In this document: positions 50,896 through 62,953 of the stretch, piece after piece
Layout: each line of letters begins with the position of its first letter
How positions within the stretch are numbered: position 1 is the stretch's first letter
Origin: Neophaeotheca triangularis
Lineage: Eukaryota
Assembly: GCA_054600435.1 (NCBI GenBank)
Contig: BAAIJX010000039.1
Span: 62,001-126,000, forward strand
DNA length: 64,000 nt
Direction of reading: 5' to 3'
Translations under genes and position numbers: made by a program
Notes under the pieces: model-generated
What the model was told of the DNA's origin: nothing
The model's input: only the letters and a program-made list of their open reading frames with translations
Databases searched by the model: none

Positions 50896-51852
50896 ATGGT
50901 CACCAGAGCACTCTCACGGCTCATAAAATTACACGCCAGGGCTACCACACTAGCCACACAGACCGCGCGAGCAGCGACGACGAGCTTACCCCAAACCACG
51001 CCGCATTGGCGCACATTCGCAACCATGTCCACGAACAGCCAATCGCAAGCCCTCGACGCGAACCAAAACGGCGACTCGACGAAGAAAACCTACCACAAAT
51101 CCCCCACAGGCCTCGCGGCCACCACAGCCCAAGCCCACTCCTCCCCGCACTCCCTCCAGCTCTTCGGCAGCTGCTTCTGCCCCTTCGTGCAACGCGTCTG
51201 GATCAGCCTTGAACTCAAAAATCTTGACTATCAATACATCGAAGTAGACGTCTACCGCAAACCGGCGCAACTGCTAGAAGTGAACCCGCGGGGTCTAGTG
51301 CCGGGGCTACGGCACGGGGATTGGGGTTGCTACGAGAGTAGCGTGTTGATGGAATACCTGGAGGACTTGAACGAGGGGAGGGGGAAAACACTGCTTCCCG
51401 GAGACGCCAAGGCGAGAGCGCATTGTAGATTGTGGGCGGATCATTTGAATCGGAATATAAACCCGGCGTTTTATCGGTATTTGCAAGCACAGGGGGCCGA
51501 GGAGCAGGTGCGGTTTGCAACGGAGTTGAGGGAGCAGATTGCTAAGTTGGTAGATGCGGCGGACGGGGCAGGGCCCTTCTTTTTGGGGAGCGAGATGTCG
51601 TTTGTTGATGTGCAATTTGCGCCGTGGATTGTCAGGATGGAGAAGGTGCTGAAGCCGTATAGGGGCTGGCCTGACCCGGAGCCGGGCAGTCGATGGGAGA
51701 AGTGGGTTAGGGCTGTAGAGGCGAATGAGGCTGTCAAGAGGACGACGAGTACGGATGAGTTGTATCTGGACAGTTATGAGCGGTATGCGGAGAACCGGCC
51801 GAATACTTCGGAAGTGCAGAGGGCGATTAATACTGGTAGAGGCTTGCCTTGA
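50896..51852 (+). CDS. Cys-type (omega-like) glutathione S-transferase with possible mitochondrial presequence; second ATG at 51025
   Basis: SCFCPFVQRVWISLE, NPRGLVP, YESSVLMEYL, GPFFLGSEMSFVD. Confidence 0.9.
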   Translation: MVTRALSRLIKLHARATTLATQTARAATTSLPQTTPHWRTFATMSTNSQSQALDANQNGDSTKKTYHKSPTGLAATTAQAHSSPHSLQLFGSCFCPFVQRVWISLELKNLDYQYIEVDVYRKPAQLLEVNPRGLVPGLRHGDWGCYESSVLMEYLEDLNEGRGKTLLPGDAKARAHCRLWADHLNRNINPAFYRYLQAQGAEEQVRFATELREQIAKLVDAADGAGPFFLGSEMSFVDVQFAPWIVRMEKVLKPYRGWPDPEPGSRWEKWVRAVEANEAVKRTTSTDELYLDSYERYAENRPNTSEVQRAINTGRGLP

Positions 51853-53054
51853 TAGCTTATAAGCAGTAGTGGGGGAGGAGCGGTGATTCAATCGCTACTG
51901 GCGTGTGCTACTGCTATCCTGTGCTCCGAGCTTACTCTTCACTTCTAACAGAAAGTAGCCACGGCACTGTCAGGCTGAGAGAATACAGGCTATGCCTTGC
52001 CTCTCGACAGCAGCAGCACGACCTCAATATAGCTCCCTACTGCCGGGAGCAACTGATAGTAGAAGCATTCAGGTAGACTACTTAGGTAGCCTAGTCTCGG
52101 GCGCATTTGCATGGTCTACACTCATCGAGAAAACGGCACAGCTGTCCCCAGACGACTTTCGGGACATAGTAACCAAGGCTTGTTGTGGTAAGAGGCTAGC
52201 GTTCGGGTCTAACACAGACCGGTGGATCGTCCCTTACGTGCCAGTAGTGATTGTGTTGATGAAGCGAGTGCAAAAACGAAACGAGACTGGTCCAGTCTGG
52301 CAAACGCCGTACGAGAGCTTTTTCTTTCCATCGTTGTAATGACAGGATAGAGGGTCAAGGCGACGGCGTGCTTCACCACTGCAGCGTTGGCCTACTGGAG
52401 CTGTTCGCAAAAGGGAGCTGGTGAGTTTGCTTGGGGATGTCTGAAGCAACGACAGCCAATTGGTCGTCCAGACCAAGGACAGGTAATGGCGACGATCTCA
52501 CAGAGTCAATTGACTTGCTCCCTGGACGACCAAGCTTGGAAAAGTGACGGCGATGAAGTCGCCGTCGCCCTTCGCAACAGTTGTCGAAAGGTAGGCCAGA
52601 ACTCTTTGGCAGGCTTCATAACCCACAAACTGGACATTATTCCTCCAGGCTCGAACGTGTTGCAGTACATCTTTCGAATTCCACGACCACAAGTCCGGAA
52701 CGATTCGAACAATGCATAAATCTTGCACAGTGATCTGTCGCCTCTTTCGACCTCTTGATTTATCCAAAGATCCAAAGGACCCTTTGACGAGCGGAATTAG
52801 TTCGCTCCCGAAAGCCATGCCCCGCTCAACCCACACCACAGACAGCTCCCCGCAATCGACGGCCGAGGATCCATAACAATACCCGCCATGTGATCGCATG
52901 GCCAGGCTTGGGTAATGGAGATAAATAAAGACTACGCGTCGCCCGCCAGACGGTAGCTCGAACACTCCCTTTTCTTCCGTTTCTTGAGCGATCAATCCAA
53001 TTTCTTAAAGCTCTTCCGCGCCTTTCCAGCTCTCAACATCCGCTTAAAGCCATC

Positions 53055-54494
53055 ATGTCCGCCCCCGAGATCCCTAAGCAGTGCAAGGCCGGTGTTGTGG
53101 TCAACGAGGGTCCTGACTTTCATGTTGAGATCCAGATGGTTGATGTGCCCGAATGCGGTGGGTTTGCGCAATAGCAACCTAGACGGAACGGCGTGGAACT
53201 GATGGCGGGATGATAGGACCCGACGATGTTCTTCTCAAGCTCAACTACACCGGCCTGTGCATGAGCGATGTGCACTTCATGATGAATGTGCGTAGGCTCC
53301 ATTACAGGGCTTAAGTTGTTGGACTCGGTTGGCTGACTCTATACTTTAGGATTGGGCCGTCCCTCCCATGAGTACGTTCGGAACCAAGTGTGCTGGCCAC
53401 GAAGGCGCAGGAGAAGTCGTCCAGGTTGGGACGAATGTTCAGGGTTGGAAAATTGGAGACCACGGTGGTGTGAAGCCATTGTGGGATGTGTGCCATAACT
53501 GCGAGTCATGCTGGAATGGTAGGTTTCCACCAAGAGTGAGGAGCTGTCGAATAATGCAAGCTGATCACGCTTCCAGGACGCGAGAACTACTGCCCGGGTG
53601 GCGTCTACACTGGTCTTGTGGCGCAGGGAACCTACTGCCAGTACTTGAAAAGCCCAGTAAGTCGGTCAATCTCTTGAAGATATTTCCAAACGTTCACTTA
53701 CATACTTTTGAGGCCAAATACACGAGCCGTATTCCTGAGGGCGTACCCGACCACGTAGCTGGTCCTATCATGTGCTCAGCGTCCACGATGCACCGCTCGC
53801 TCTTGGACTCCGGCTTGAGGCCAGGCAACTTTGTCGTTTTCCCTGGTGGCGGAGGTGGAGTGGGTATTCAAGGAGTGCAGCTCGCAAAGTATGTGTCGAG
53901 CGAATCGACGCGCCCTTGCAACATACTGACGATATTCTTAGAGCTATGGGCATGCGACCTGTCGTAGTCGACAGCGGAGCCGCCAAGAAAGAGCTTGCAA
54001 TGAGGATGGGTGCCGAAGAGTTCGTCGACTTCAAGGAGCACTCTAGCGTCGCGGAACGGGTCAAGGAGGTCTGTGATGGTGTCGGTGCGCACGGTGTGCT
54101 GGTGACGGCTTACCAGGCCTACAAGGGTAAGCTCGAGGAAACCTCGAAAAGTCCTTGATGAGCGTTCCAAACTGACACCTATCGCTTCACAGACGCCATT
54201 AGTTTCGTGGGAGACCGTATCGGCGCCAAGATCATGTGCATCGCACTCCCGCCGGCGGATACGTGTACCATTGGCGGCGATCCCAACTACTTCATTTTCA
54301 AAAACCTGAGTGTCATTGGTACGCTCGTCGGGACAATGAACGACACTGCGGCGACGCTCGATTACGCAAAACGAGGCTTGCTGAAGGATATTGCGGAGAT
54401 CAGGCCATTGTCGAAGATGCCGGAGAGCATTCAGCAGCTGAAGCGTGGAGAAATCGCTGGGCGTGTGGTGATCGACTTCAACGATGAATCTTAA
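53055..54494 (+). CDS. Zinc-dependent alcohol dehydrogenase (MDR family); six introns
   Basis: TGLCMSDVH, GHEGAGEV, CHNCESC..C structural Zn site, GGGGGVG, GRVVIDF. Confidence 0.93.
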
Positions 54495-55698
54495 AAAGTA
54501 AGAAGCGAGAAGAGGAGAAAGAATAAGAAGAGGGGGACACTTGGATGGAATATTGGAATCGAGCGTTCTGTATGTTGTCAATACTCACGTAAAGGTTACC
54601 GTTGCGCTGTTGTCATGGTGGGACCAAAAGTGACCCAAAGATTGTGGGAGGAGTCGCTACCTAAGATGTATACCTCATAACTTACCTACGCCGCTTGTCG
54701 AGAACAACAACCATGATGGATGCCATGTGACTGTCGAGCATACCTACCTTAGGTAACGTGTCTCGGGCATAAGTTAATGAGGTGGAGGATCAAGGGTCAG
54801 GGGTTGGGCTGAAGAGAGACAGTACAGTGACAGTCGGTCGGTCGGCGCACGGCTACTTCCGCCCATATCTACATAAGGTACCTCTTGGCTTGGCTGAAAG
54901 CAGCAACCTTAAGCAAGCTGCACGCGCCCTCACAAGTCACAACCTGGAGGGCAACGGCGCAAGTCATCTATCGAGATTGGACACCAGGCCTACTCGGTAC
55001 TCTACTACTCACATAACAGCACACTCATCACATACCTGCTACTCCTCTGTCAGACCTCACACACTTCACGCCCCACCCCCCCCGTCACTCCAGTCGATCG
55101 CCGGGAGGTTCAATGCCCGTCTGCACCTAAGATCGGCCCCTGGCACTTGCACCAATCAACAAGTGCGACTTCACCTCTCCCGACCATCACTCGGGTTACC
55201 TAGCCATCGCGTGCGACAGCGACTACTTTCTTCACGGTGGATTCAGACGCTTCCTCCGTTCATACCAGCCCGACACCCTCCATCCGCGGTCACGCAACAG
55301 ACGCTCACGGCAAAGTAGACGTCGACTCCCACTTCCGATTAGGGCGGCAATCTCGCGAAACCCAGGACGAGCCGTCCACGACAGCTTCGGCTGAATCTCC
55401 TCCTCCCTTCTATTCTCACAACTTTCCTTCGCGCTACTTTCCTGAGCCGCCCTCCACCGATCCATACCGCGCGCTTGTTACAAGCCCCGCGACTTCTTCC
55501 CTCACAGCGTTCGCGCCTTCAGGACCCGCCCCACCGTTCCAAGAGCAGATCTCAGCCGCGCCCTCGGTTGTTGAAGAGACCAAGGCTGCCCTTCCACGAG
55601 ATACAAAGGAAGGACAGAGCAGCAAGGACCTTGACGACGGCGAGCCTCCTCCACCCTACTCAGAAGGCTCCAGCCCCCTCGAAGGGTTTACATACGTC

Positions 55699-56947
55699 AT
55701 GGCGGCCGCAGGAGCAGCAGCAAGCATCATAACGCAGGTGCCCCAAGGTGGACCTGCGCCAATCAATACCGCACTTTCAGGAGGTCAGTCGCCTAGCAGT
55801 GACACCGAGTCTGCGATCAATCTAACAACGGCAGTAGCTCCGGAAGAGAACCTCAATCTCGAGCTCAGGTATGCATATCGCCAACAAACGTGCGCGAGGA
55901 ACCTCATACTGACTACATTTAGGGGCACCCGCTTCTCAATCTCTCGCGAAGAGCTTCTCACGCTCCCAGAGTTCGTGCTTCTCTCGCTCTTCCCAAACGG
56001 CCTCCTTCCGGATGGACACATGAACAGCTTCTCGGATGGCGATGCCTACCAAATCGACGTAAGCAACACCCCACGCTTGATAACCCAGGCCAAAGCCCCG
56101 GCATCTCTTCAAGGAATCTTGCGAGTGCTGGGTAACGAAGAAGTATATCTATCTGACATTATCTATCGCGCGCAGTACGACCCCACGTCTCTGCAGTACA
56201 TGCTTGAGTTCTTTAGGAATGTTGCACAGACGATACCCCAGAGCGATGACCCGGCGCAATCTAGTCAAGACCTTACATCGCCGAGCACCATGCCAATCGA
56301 GCCAATGCCGGGCAATGCTCGTGACATGCTGCAAGACAGGGCTGGTATCATCGTCCTTCGGGAAGACCTCGACTTCTACGCCATCCCACCACGCAAGGAC
56401 ATCGAACAGACAGAAATGATTGAGGTCAAGCGCGCGGCTGGCAAGGCTCTATTGAGGCAGGATGGCATCTTCTCTGGGCTCAGGAAAAGCGAGGAGCCAG
56501 GCACGACAGAGCAGCATCTCATTGAGATGTTGACCGCAGGGTGAGCATGTTCCACATTCTACCTTGAAACGTGCGACGTTCGCTGACAACCATGACTAGC
56601 GGTTTCGACCACTCTGACACCTGGGGCCATCGCGCTGCTGAACCTAACAAAGCCGTCATTTGCTCCATCGCGCTAGCCCGTCTACGGACCGATATTCGCG
56701 GCGAGGCGGCCAACAGTACCGCCGTCGGCATGGCCCAGAAGCTTCTGTTGTTCTGGCGCAAGCCTGCGCGCAGGTGTTGGTGGGAGGGTGTTGAGCTCGA
56801 CAACGTTGAGGGAGTTGAGGGTAAACTCAAAGTGTGGATTCGCAGAGTCTGGACTTTGGAAATGGTATGTAAAAGACTTTTGAAAGGCTAATTATTGAAG
56901 CGACCGCTAACAGTATCGTGCAACAGAGTGTAATTGGCCTCCGCTAG
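55699..56947 (+). CDS. WHI2: Whi2-like BTB-domain stress/growth regulator; five introns; possible GTG-initiated extension from 55237
   Basis: MAAAG..SIITQV, RGTRFSISREELLTLPEFVLLSLFPNGL, YDPTSLQYMLEFF, IIVLREDLDFY, KLLLFWRKPARRCWW, KVWIRRVWTLEMSVIGLR. Confidence 0.93.
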
Positions 56948-57761
56948 CGTTCCTCGCGAGCCCACCGAGTGTCATATCTTTCCGACAATAAGAGTTACTA
57001 ATACCCATGTGGATTTCGAGAATTCTTAGGAATGCGCAGTATGCCCGCGTGAGTGCCGAAGAGTTCGGAGAGACCTACGAGAGCAGCAGCGGCGGCAGCA
57101 GCGGCAGCACATACTCTTCGATCGACGAGTTCATTGACGGAAACTACACCTACCTGCCGGCATTCAGTACTACCGGAATGGAAGGAAGGGAAGATTGAGA
57201 GAAAAAGCGTTGGTTTGCACAGCATGACGGCGCACGGGCGCATGGGCGCGCGTTTGGAAGCGTTGATTCTTGCGACAGTGCAAATCGAGCGGGCGTTGGG
57301 GTCATCTCACAACTGATACCAGGCCACGCGACGGTTTCTGGGTGCGACTTGCGAGCACTGTTAGCGATACATAACCCATTTCAATGTTACACAGCGTTCA
57401 ATGCGATCCATCTCGAGCATCGCGCCAAACGAATGTTATGCTTCATACGTCGAACTATCCGAGCCACACCAACGATGACATTGACAACCGATCAATCGGC
57501 CAACAGACCTTCACGTCGGCATCGTGAGTAAACGTTAGTCTGGAACGCGACGCGAATAGATAGAGGTAAATGCCTGTGTGACTGTTAAGCAGCTAAAAAC
57601 AGCCAGCAGCTAGCGCGACGTGGCTCCGACCCAATTACGACTCGACGCTGCCCGCGGGAAACGGAGGGTTTCCGCGCAGACGTCGAGCTGCCTCGAGTGC
57701 TCCTTGAAACTTTTTGGCGATCACCTACCACCATATCACTGTCTCTTTACCCCCCTACATC

Positions 57762-59308
57762 ATGTCTGACAACGCGAGCAAGCCCGCTGCTGACAATGCG
57801 GCAGGCGCAGGCTCGGCAAAATCCAATCCTGACGTCGCATCAACAGGCGCAGCACAAGCAGCAAAAGATGCCGCGAAGCAGGGAGCCAGAAGCGAAGGCA
57901 ACCCTGCTCTGCGGATGATGTTCTTCGGTAGGGCATAACCAATCATAGCCTATACTTCCACAGTTCAAACTCATACGCAACCTCAGGTCTCCCTCGTCCT
58001 CGTCTCCCCTCGCGCAACTGGACAATCTTCCTCTCAATCACCGGCTCCTTCCTCGGCGCTGTCGCCTACGACCGCTACCAGACCCGCCGCGTTAAGCAGA
58101 AGTGGTGCGATGTCGTTTCCCATTTGGCTGACGAGCCGCTTTCTACGAAAGAGATGCAGCGGCGCTTGACGATTTACTTGGCGGCGCCGCCCGGTGATGG
58201 GTTGCGGAGTGCGCGCGAGCATTTCCACGCCTATGTTAAGCCAGTGCTTGTGGCTAGTGCAATGGACTGGGACGTGGTTGAGGGCAGGAAGGAGGGGGAT
58301 GTAAGATGGAAGACTGCGGAGAGGATTCGGCGGAAGAGGAGAAGGGCTGGGGAGGGCTCAGGGGCTGGTGGTGAGGATGAAGAGGAGCCGGATACGGTAG
58401 CTGTTGTGGAGGAGGTTAGGAGAAGAGCAGGGACGGAGGAGCATGTTGGTGTTGCGGGAGATTTGGTCATTGGCCGGCATACTTGGAAGGAGTACTTGAG
58501 GGGGATGCACGAGGGCTGGCTTGGGCCGGTGCATGCGCCTAAGGCTTCTGAGCAAGATCTGGGACAAGAGCCGCTGTCTGGGAGCCACAGGCCCGGAGAG
58601 CACTCGCTGGGCGACGCTGCAGTGACTGCTTCCGCCAAACTGGCCGCTCCGGATCAGACCGAAGGCGCGTCGAAACAGGAATCATTCACGAATGACGAGG
58701 CGTCTCCCCAGTCGAGCGAGGCAGACCAACCAGAAGCTCAAGAAGAGGAGGCCCCGAAAGAAGAGAAACCGAAACCGCGCAACCCACCTCCCTACCTCAC
58801 GCCCTCGGAATACTCTTCCGCCTCACTCTCACCGAACGCTCCCGAGATCCTAGGCCCAAGCATCGGTATCCGCTTCCCACACATTCTGGGTTTCCGCAAC
58901 ACTCCCATCCGCACTTACCGCTTCCTGACCCGCCGCCACCTTGCAGACGACATCGGACGGCAAGTCGCCTCAGCTGTTCTAGCTGCCCACGAACCCTACG
59001 GCACCGTCACAGCCACGGCATCTGAAGACTCTGCAAGAAGTTCAAAGTCAGGACAGGAGGTGCCGGAACAGAAGAACGTTTTGGCTTTCGAAGAGAGGAG
59101 CTGGTGGAAGACGGTCTACGAACCCAGGAAGGATCACGAGGAAAGTCTCTTGCTCGAGGAGGTTGCGTTGGATGAAAGATTGGCGAACCGCATGAGGAAG
59201 TTCAAGGTGACGGCTGAGGGTGAGGAGAGGGCTAGGAGGATTGCGGAGGGCAAGGAGGTTGTTGAAAAGAGGCTTGGGCCTGGCGAAGAGCCTAAGAATG
59301 ATGACTGA
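57762..59308 (+). CDS. TIM54: Mitochondrial import inner membrane translocase subunit Tim54; intron 57928-57986
   Basis: NPALRMM..GLPRPRLPSRNWTIF, PPGDGLRSAREHF..YVKPVL, GRHTWKEYLRGMHEGWLGP, FPHILGFRNTPIRTYRFL. Confidence 0.95.
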
Positions 59309-59763
59309 GGTGTGTAGATGGATGTGAGGTTGAATAATGAGTCTCGGCTCCGACCGTTTGGAGGTTGCGGCCTTGTTTAGCACTGGCACTTTTCGCCGCC
59401 TAGGAGGACAACGGACGTTAAGAGGGTGGGACCAGGCTGCCGCATACGAGTCGAACCGTGGCACATTTCGTGGCGCTTCTAGCTCAAGGCGACTGCGAGC
59501 GTGTACTAGACTCGGAGCCGTGGATTAAATCAGGATGTAGGATAGAGCGGTACCGTTGTGGACATAGGGAGCGGCTTGCATAGGCTTTGTACAACACCAA
59601 ACTGTATCATACGCCACTCCGGCAAATCGCAACCACAATCCGTACTCCGCTTCATCCTTGACCGCCCGCTTGCTCCCTCCCGCAAAACTCCCGAATAAAT
59701 CAAGAAAGAAGCATCAGCGGAACCGCCACAATCTGTAACTCCCAATCTCACTCCGCATCCCCT

Positions 59764-60512
59764 TCAGAAAGCCTTCCAAAAAGCATCCCCATCATGCGTA
59801 ACCCCGGCCCTGACCCTCAAGCTCTCGCAAAGCAACCTCGCGCTCGCTTCCAGCAAGTCGTCCAAAGCCAACCACACGGTTCCCTGACGATTTCCCCTGA
59901 GCAAAACCTCTTCGCGAACCATGGCCGCGGCGACGAAAGCGTTGTGGTGAGTTGGCGGCGATGGCTGGTGGGGTTGCGGGTGAGTGTCGGTGACGGGTTT
60001 GGCGGCCGTGTCGCGGAGAATGACGATGCGGATGTTGGTGGCGTCGCGAGCGGTCTGGGGGAGGGGGTGGGTTTGTTGGGTTGGCGGGAGGTTGGAGAGG
60101 GTGGTTAGGTTGTCTGTTTGAGGATGGGTGTTAGTTTGCCCGGGCTGGGTGGAAGGGGGTTGGAGGGCTTGCCGGTGATTTGGGCGCGGAGCTCGGTGGC
60201 GGTGAGAGGTGGGATTTCGGGGTTGGTGGGCATGATGATTTTGTTGTTGCTCGAGTGGTGGTTGAAGGGTTCCATGGGAGGGGAGAAGGGTGCTTGCTGG
60301 TGGAAGACGGGGGGCTGGTGGTAGTTGTTGGTATTGTTGCGGTCTTCCTTGTAGGAGAGGAATTGGAATGGAGGCGGTCGGTTTTGGCCGTTGGCTGGGT
60401 TTGAGTATGTAGCTATGGGTGGACCAGGGAAGACGAAGGGCGGATAGTTTTGTCTGACTGGGGTTGTGGGGTTGTTGTTGTTGCCTGCGGCGTTGGAATG
60501 GCGGCAGTCCAT
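59764..60512 (-). CDS. Hypothetical P/N-rich protein (~229 aa) with GC-AG intron 60114-60172
   Basis: Two ORF-track frames join in frame via G|GCAAGC...CTAAC...AACAG|. Confidence 0.65.
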
Positions 60513-61944
60513 GTTTGCGAGGAGGGAGTGCGGGCTTTGGAAGGCAGAGAATGGAGTTTGCGCGAAGGAGAAGAAGTTGAGAGGTTTTAAGTGAACTTTT
60601 GGCGTAAAGTCGTATGCGTTTGAGACAAGTGAGCGGGTGTTTGCTGTGTCTTGCGTGTGAAGGGGTGAGGTGAACCCACAACGGTTTCATTTGAATGACT
60701 TACGAGGGGGTGTTTTCTAGACATTTTCTGAATACATTGCACATGAGCCTAGTAGGTGCCAGTTGGAAGAGACTGCCTGGTTGCTTTGAGCTTGTTCAAT
60801 TCATGTAAGAATGTGCGCATGCAGTGTCGACTTCGACTTGTTCTAGTGACCTCTGGATCTTCCACGGCAACCGAAATGAGGGAGTAAGCTTCATGGGAAG
60901 TCGCTACCACTACTGTGCCGAGTGAAGCATTAGGCCAGTATCGTGGCCTGGCCTTTCCCTTGCTTTGCACGATGACATGGTCTTTGACGCAAAAGGCTCG
61001 TATTCGCTACCCGACAGCCGCATAAGCTTGGAGCATCACAGATATGAAGGATTGATGGAGAGCAAAAGAGAAAACGCGTAAGCACGAGAGGAAGTAGACT
61101 TATTCCATGGAGCATAGACTCGGAAGACCCAAGCACGAAAATCATACCTACCAGCCTGCAAAAAGAGCAAAAAAGAAAGCCTCCAGTAACTTAAGCACTG
61201 GAGGGAAAGTAAACTCATCCAATTGAAGAGGTGGAGTGGTTTATCTTTGGCCTACAAGACAGTTGATATTTAACGTCGGGAACTGCACGACGCCTCCAAG
61301 TCTTTATTTGACCTTAACGTCGCGACTGAGGTAGACGACGGCGGGGATCGAACCGGTGGCCGCTTGATGGGGGGTATCTGTGGTTAGTGTTAGCGTGAAT
61401 TCGATTCCAATTTGGGAGTTGATGAGGCGAACATACCGATTGTGTCTCGATGTTGGAATTTAGGAAGTTTGATGGGGGGTTGAATATATTGTTTATGTTG
61501 TTGTTGCTTCATGGATTCGTGCTAGAGGCCCCTTATTCTACCGTGGCATTCGCAAAGGCGGCAGTTTCGAGCGTTCTTCGCCGTACTGCACGGTCATGGT
61601 CTCTTATCACATTGACAGTGAACTCCCCTCTCCCCCCCCCCAATCTTGACAAGCTGCAAGTGTCGCTTTGAATCTGGCTCGCGAGAGTCTTCAAGGCACC
61701 TCGCACTGTAAGCATCGATGTCTTCGCATAACTTTTTGGACGGCAATACTCAGCTGCATTGATATGTAAGTACACACTTTTTTATGCTCAAGGCAATCAC
61801 CACCTAGCATCACTGAACGAACAAGGAGGCGATACACTTACCGCGTAGCGGTCGCATTCAGCGGCGAATAACTGGACACACAGCAACAGTGCAGCCAAGC
61901 TGCGGCAGTACTCAGAATAGCTTCCAAGGCACCTGGGGACTTCA

Positions 61945-62709
61945 TCAAGGCGTGCCGACATCGACCAGACGTCTCTCCTGTCTTACATCGAAAGCCAACA
62001 TCCGTAAATTAGACGGCTGGCCCCTAAACCGATCATCACCAGGCGGTATCTCCAGCGCAGCTTCGGACCCCAGCACCTCCCGCACAGCCCTCACAAACAT
62101 CCCACGATCCAATTCCTCGGGCCCCGTAATCTCTCCAACCCAAAATTTCACCCTTCCCCGCTGGAGCTTTCTCAGTGGCGACAAGATCCTGGCCTTTTCC
62201 TCCCAACCATGCGTTGCTGTCGTATCCACCCAGCTGACGGTGACAGCATTCAACTCCGGAGCCTGGAGCAAGACATCGCAAGCCCTGTCAGCACGACGTC
62301 TGATCTCGGCGCAGAAGCTTTCCAGTCCAAAGCTGGGGTACTCCTTTAAAAGCAAGATGTCGCAAAAGAAGACGACTTCCACTTTGCGTAAGCGCTTCAG
62401 ACTAGGGCTACGTTCGAGTTTGACGAGGTCTGGGTCTACGCGGAAGAAGTTGAAGGCGTGGCTGAAGATGAGCTTCCACGTGGTTATCTTGTAGAAGTGA
62501 TCGAGTAGCTCGGCGGTGAATGCAGGGTGGATTAAAAGTAGACCCAGCGATGGCGGGCGATGGGACACTGCTGTTATTCCTACTGATGGCAGTGGGTGTG
62601 AGACGTTTTCTTGGGGGATCAGATGAGTCCAAATCTGATCACGGAGTTCGACCGGGAGACGGAGGATGGGAGGAGGAAGTTCAGTCGGGGACGGTAAAGA
62701 CAATGACAT
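61945..62709 (-). CDS. F-box-like motif hypothetical protein, 254 aa
   Basis: PPILRLPVELRDQIWTHLI at the N-terminus; uninterrupted protein-like ORF. Confidence 0.8.
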   Translation of the reverse strand: MSLSLPSPTELPPPILRLPVELRDQIWTHLIPQENVSHPLPSVGITAVSHRPPSLGLLLIHPAFTAELLDHFYKITTWKLIFSHAFNFFRVDPDLVKLERSPSLKRLRKVEVVFFCDILLLKEYPSFGLESFCAEIRRRADRACDVLLQAPELNAVTVSWVDTTATHGWEEKARILSPLRKLQRGRVKFWVGEITGPEELDRGMFVRAVREVLGSEAALEIPPGDDRFRGQPSNLRMLAFDVRQERRLVDVGTP

Positions 62710-62947
62710 GATGATGCTCCCAGAGGTGTTTGCAGGAATTAATTGCGGTTTGGGACGAGGCTAAGGACTTTGATTTTGCGAAGAATTAGGTAGGTCGATC
62801 TCAAATGCTCAAGTTCGACAGCCTACTACTACCTAAGTAGTAGTGAGTACCTAGATGATGGGATGCATTGTCTTGGCGACGTGATTGACGTGGATGTCGT
62901 GTTTGACTTCCCGCCCCCACAGATTGGACAAATGCTGGTTGGCTGAG

Positions 62948-62953
62948 ACGCGT
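62948..62953. promoter_or_regulatory. MluI cell-cycle box (ACGCGT) in the divergent promoter upstream of SLD3
   Basis: ACGCGT followed by GCGCGT about 170 nt upstream of a replication gene ATG; MCB/MBF control of such genes is established in yeasts. Confidence 0.5.

Noticed and set aside
61335..61360. GGTTCGATCCC (minus strand), tRNA T-loop/B-box-like
   Set aside because: No T-stem, acceptor stem or A box; no cloverleaf
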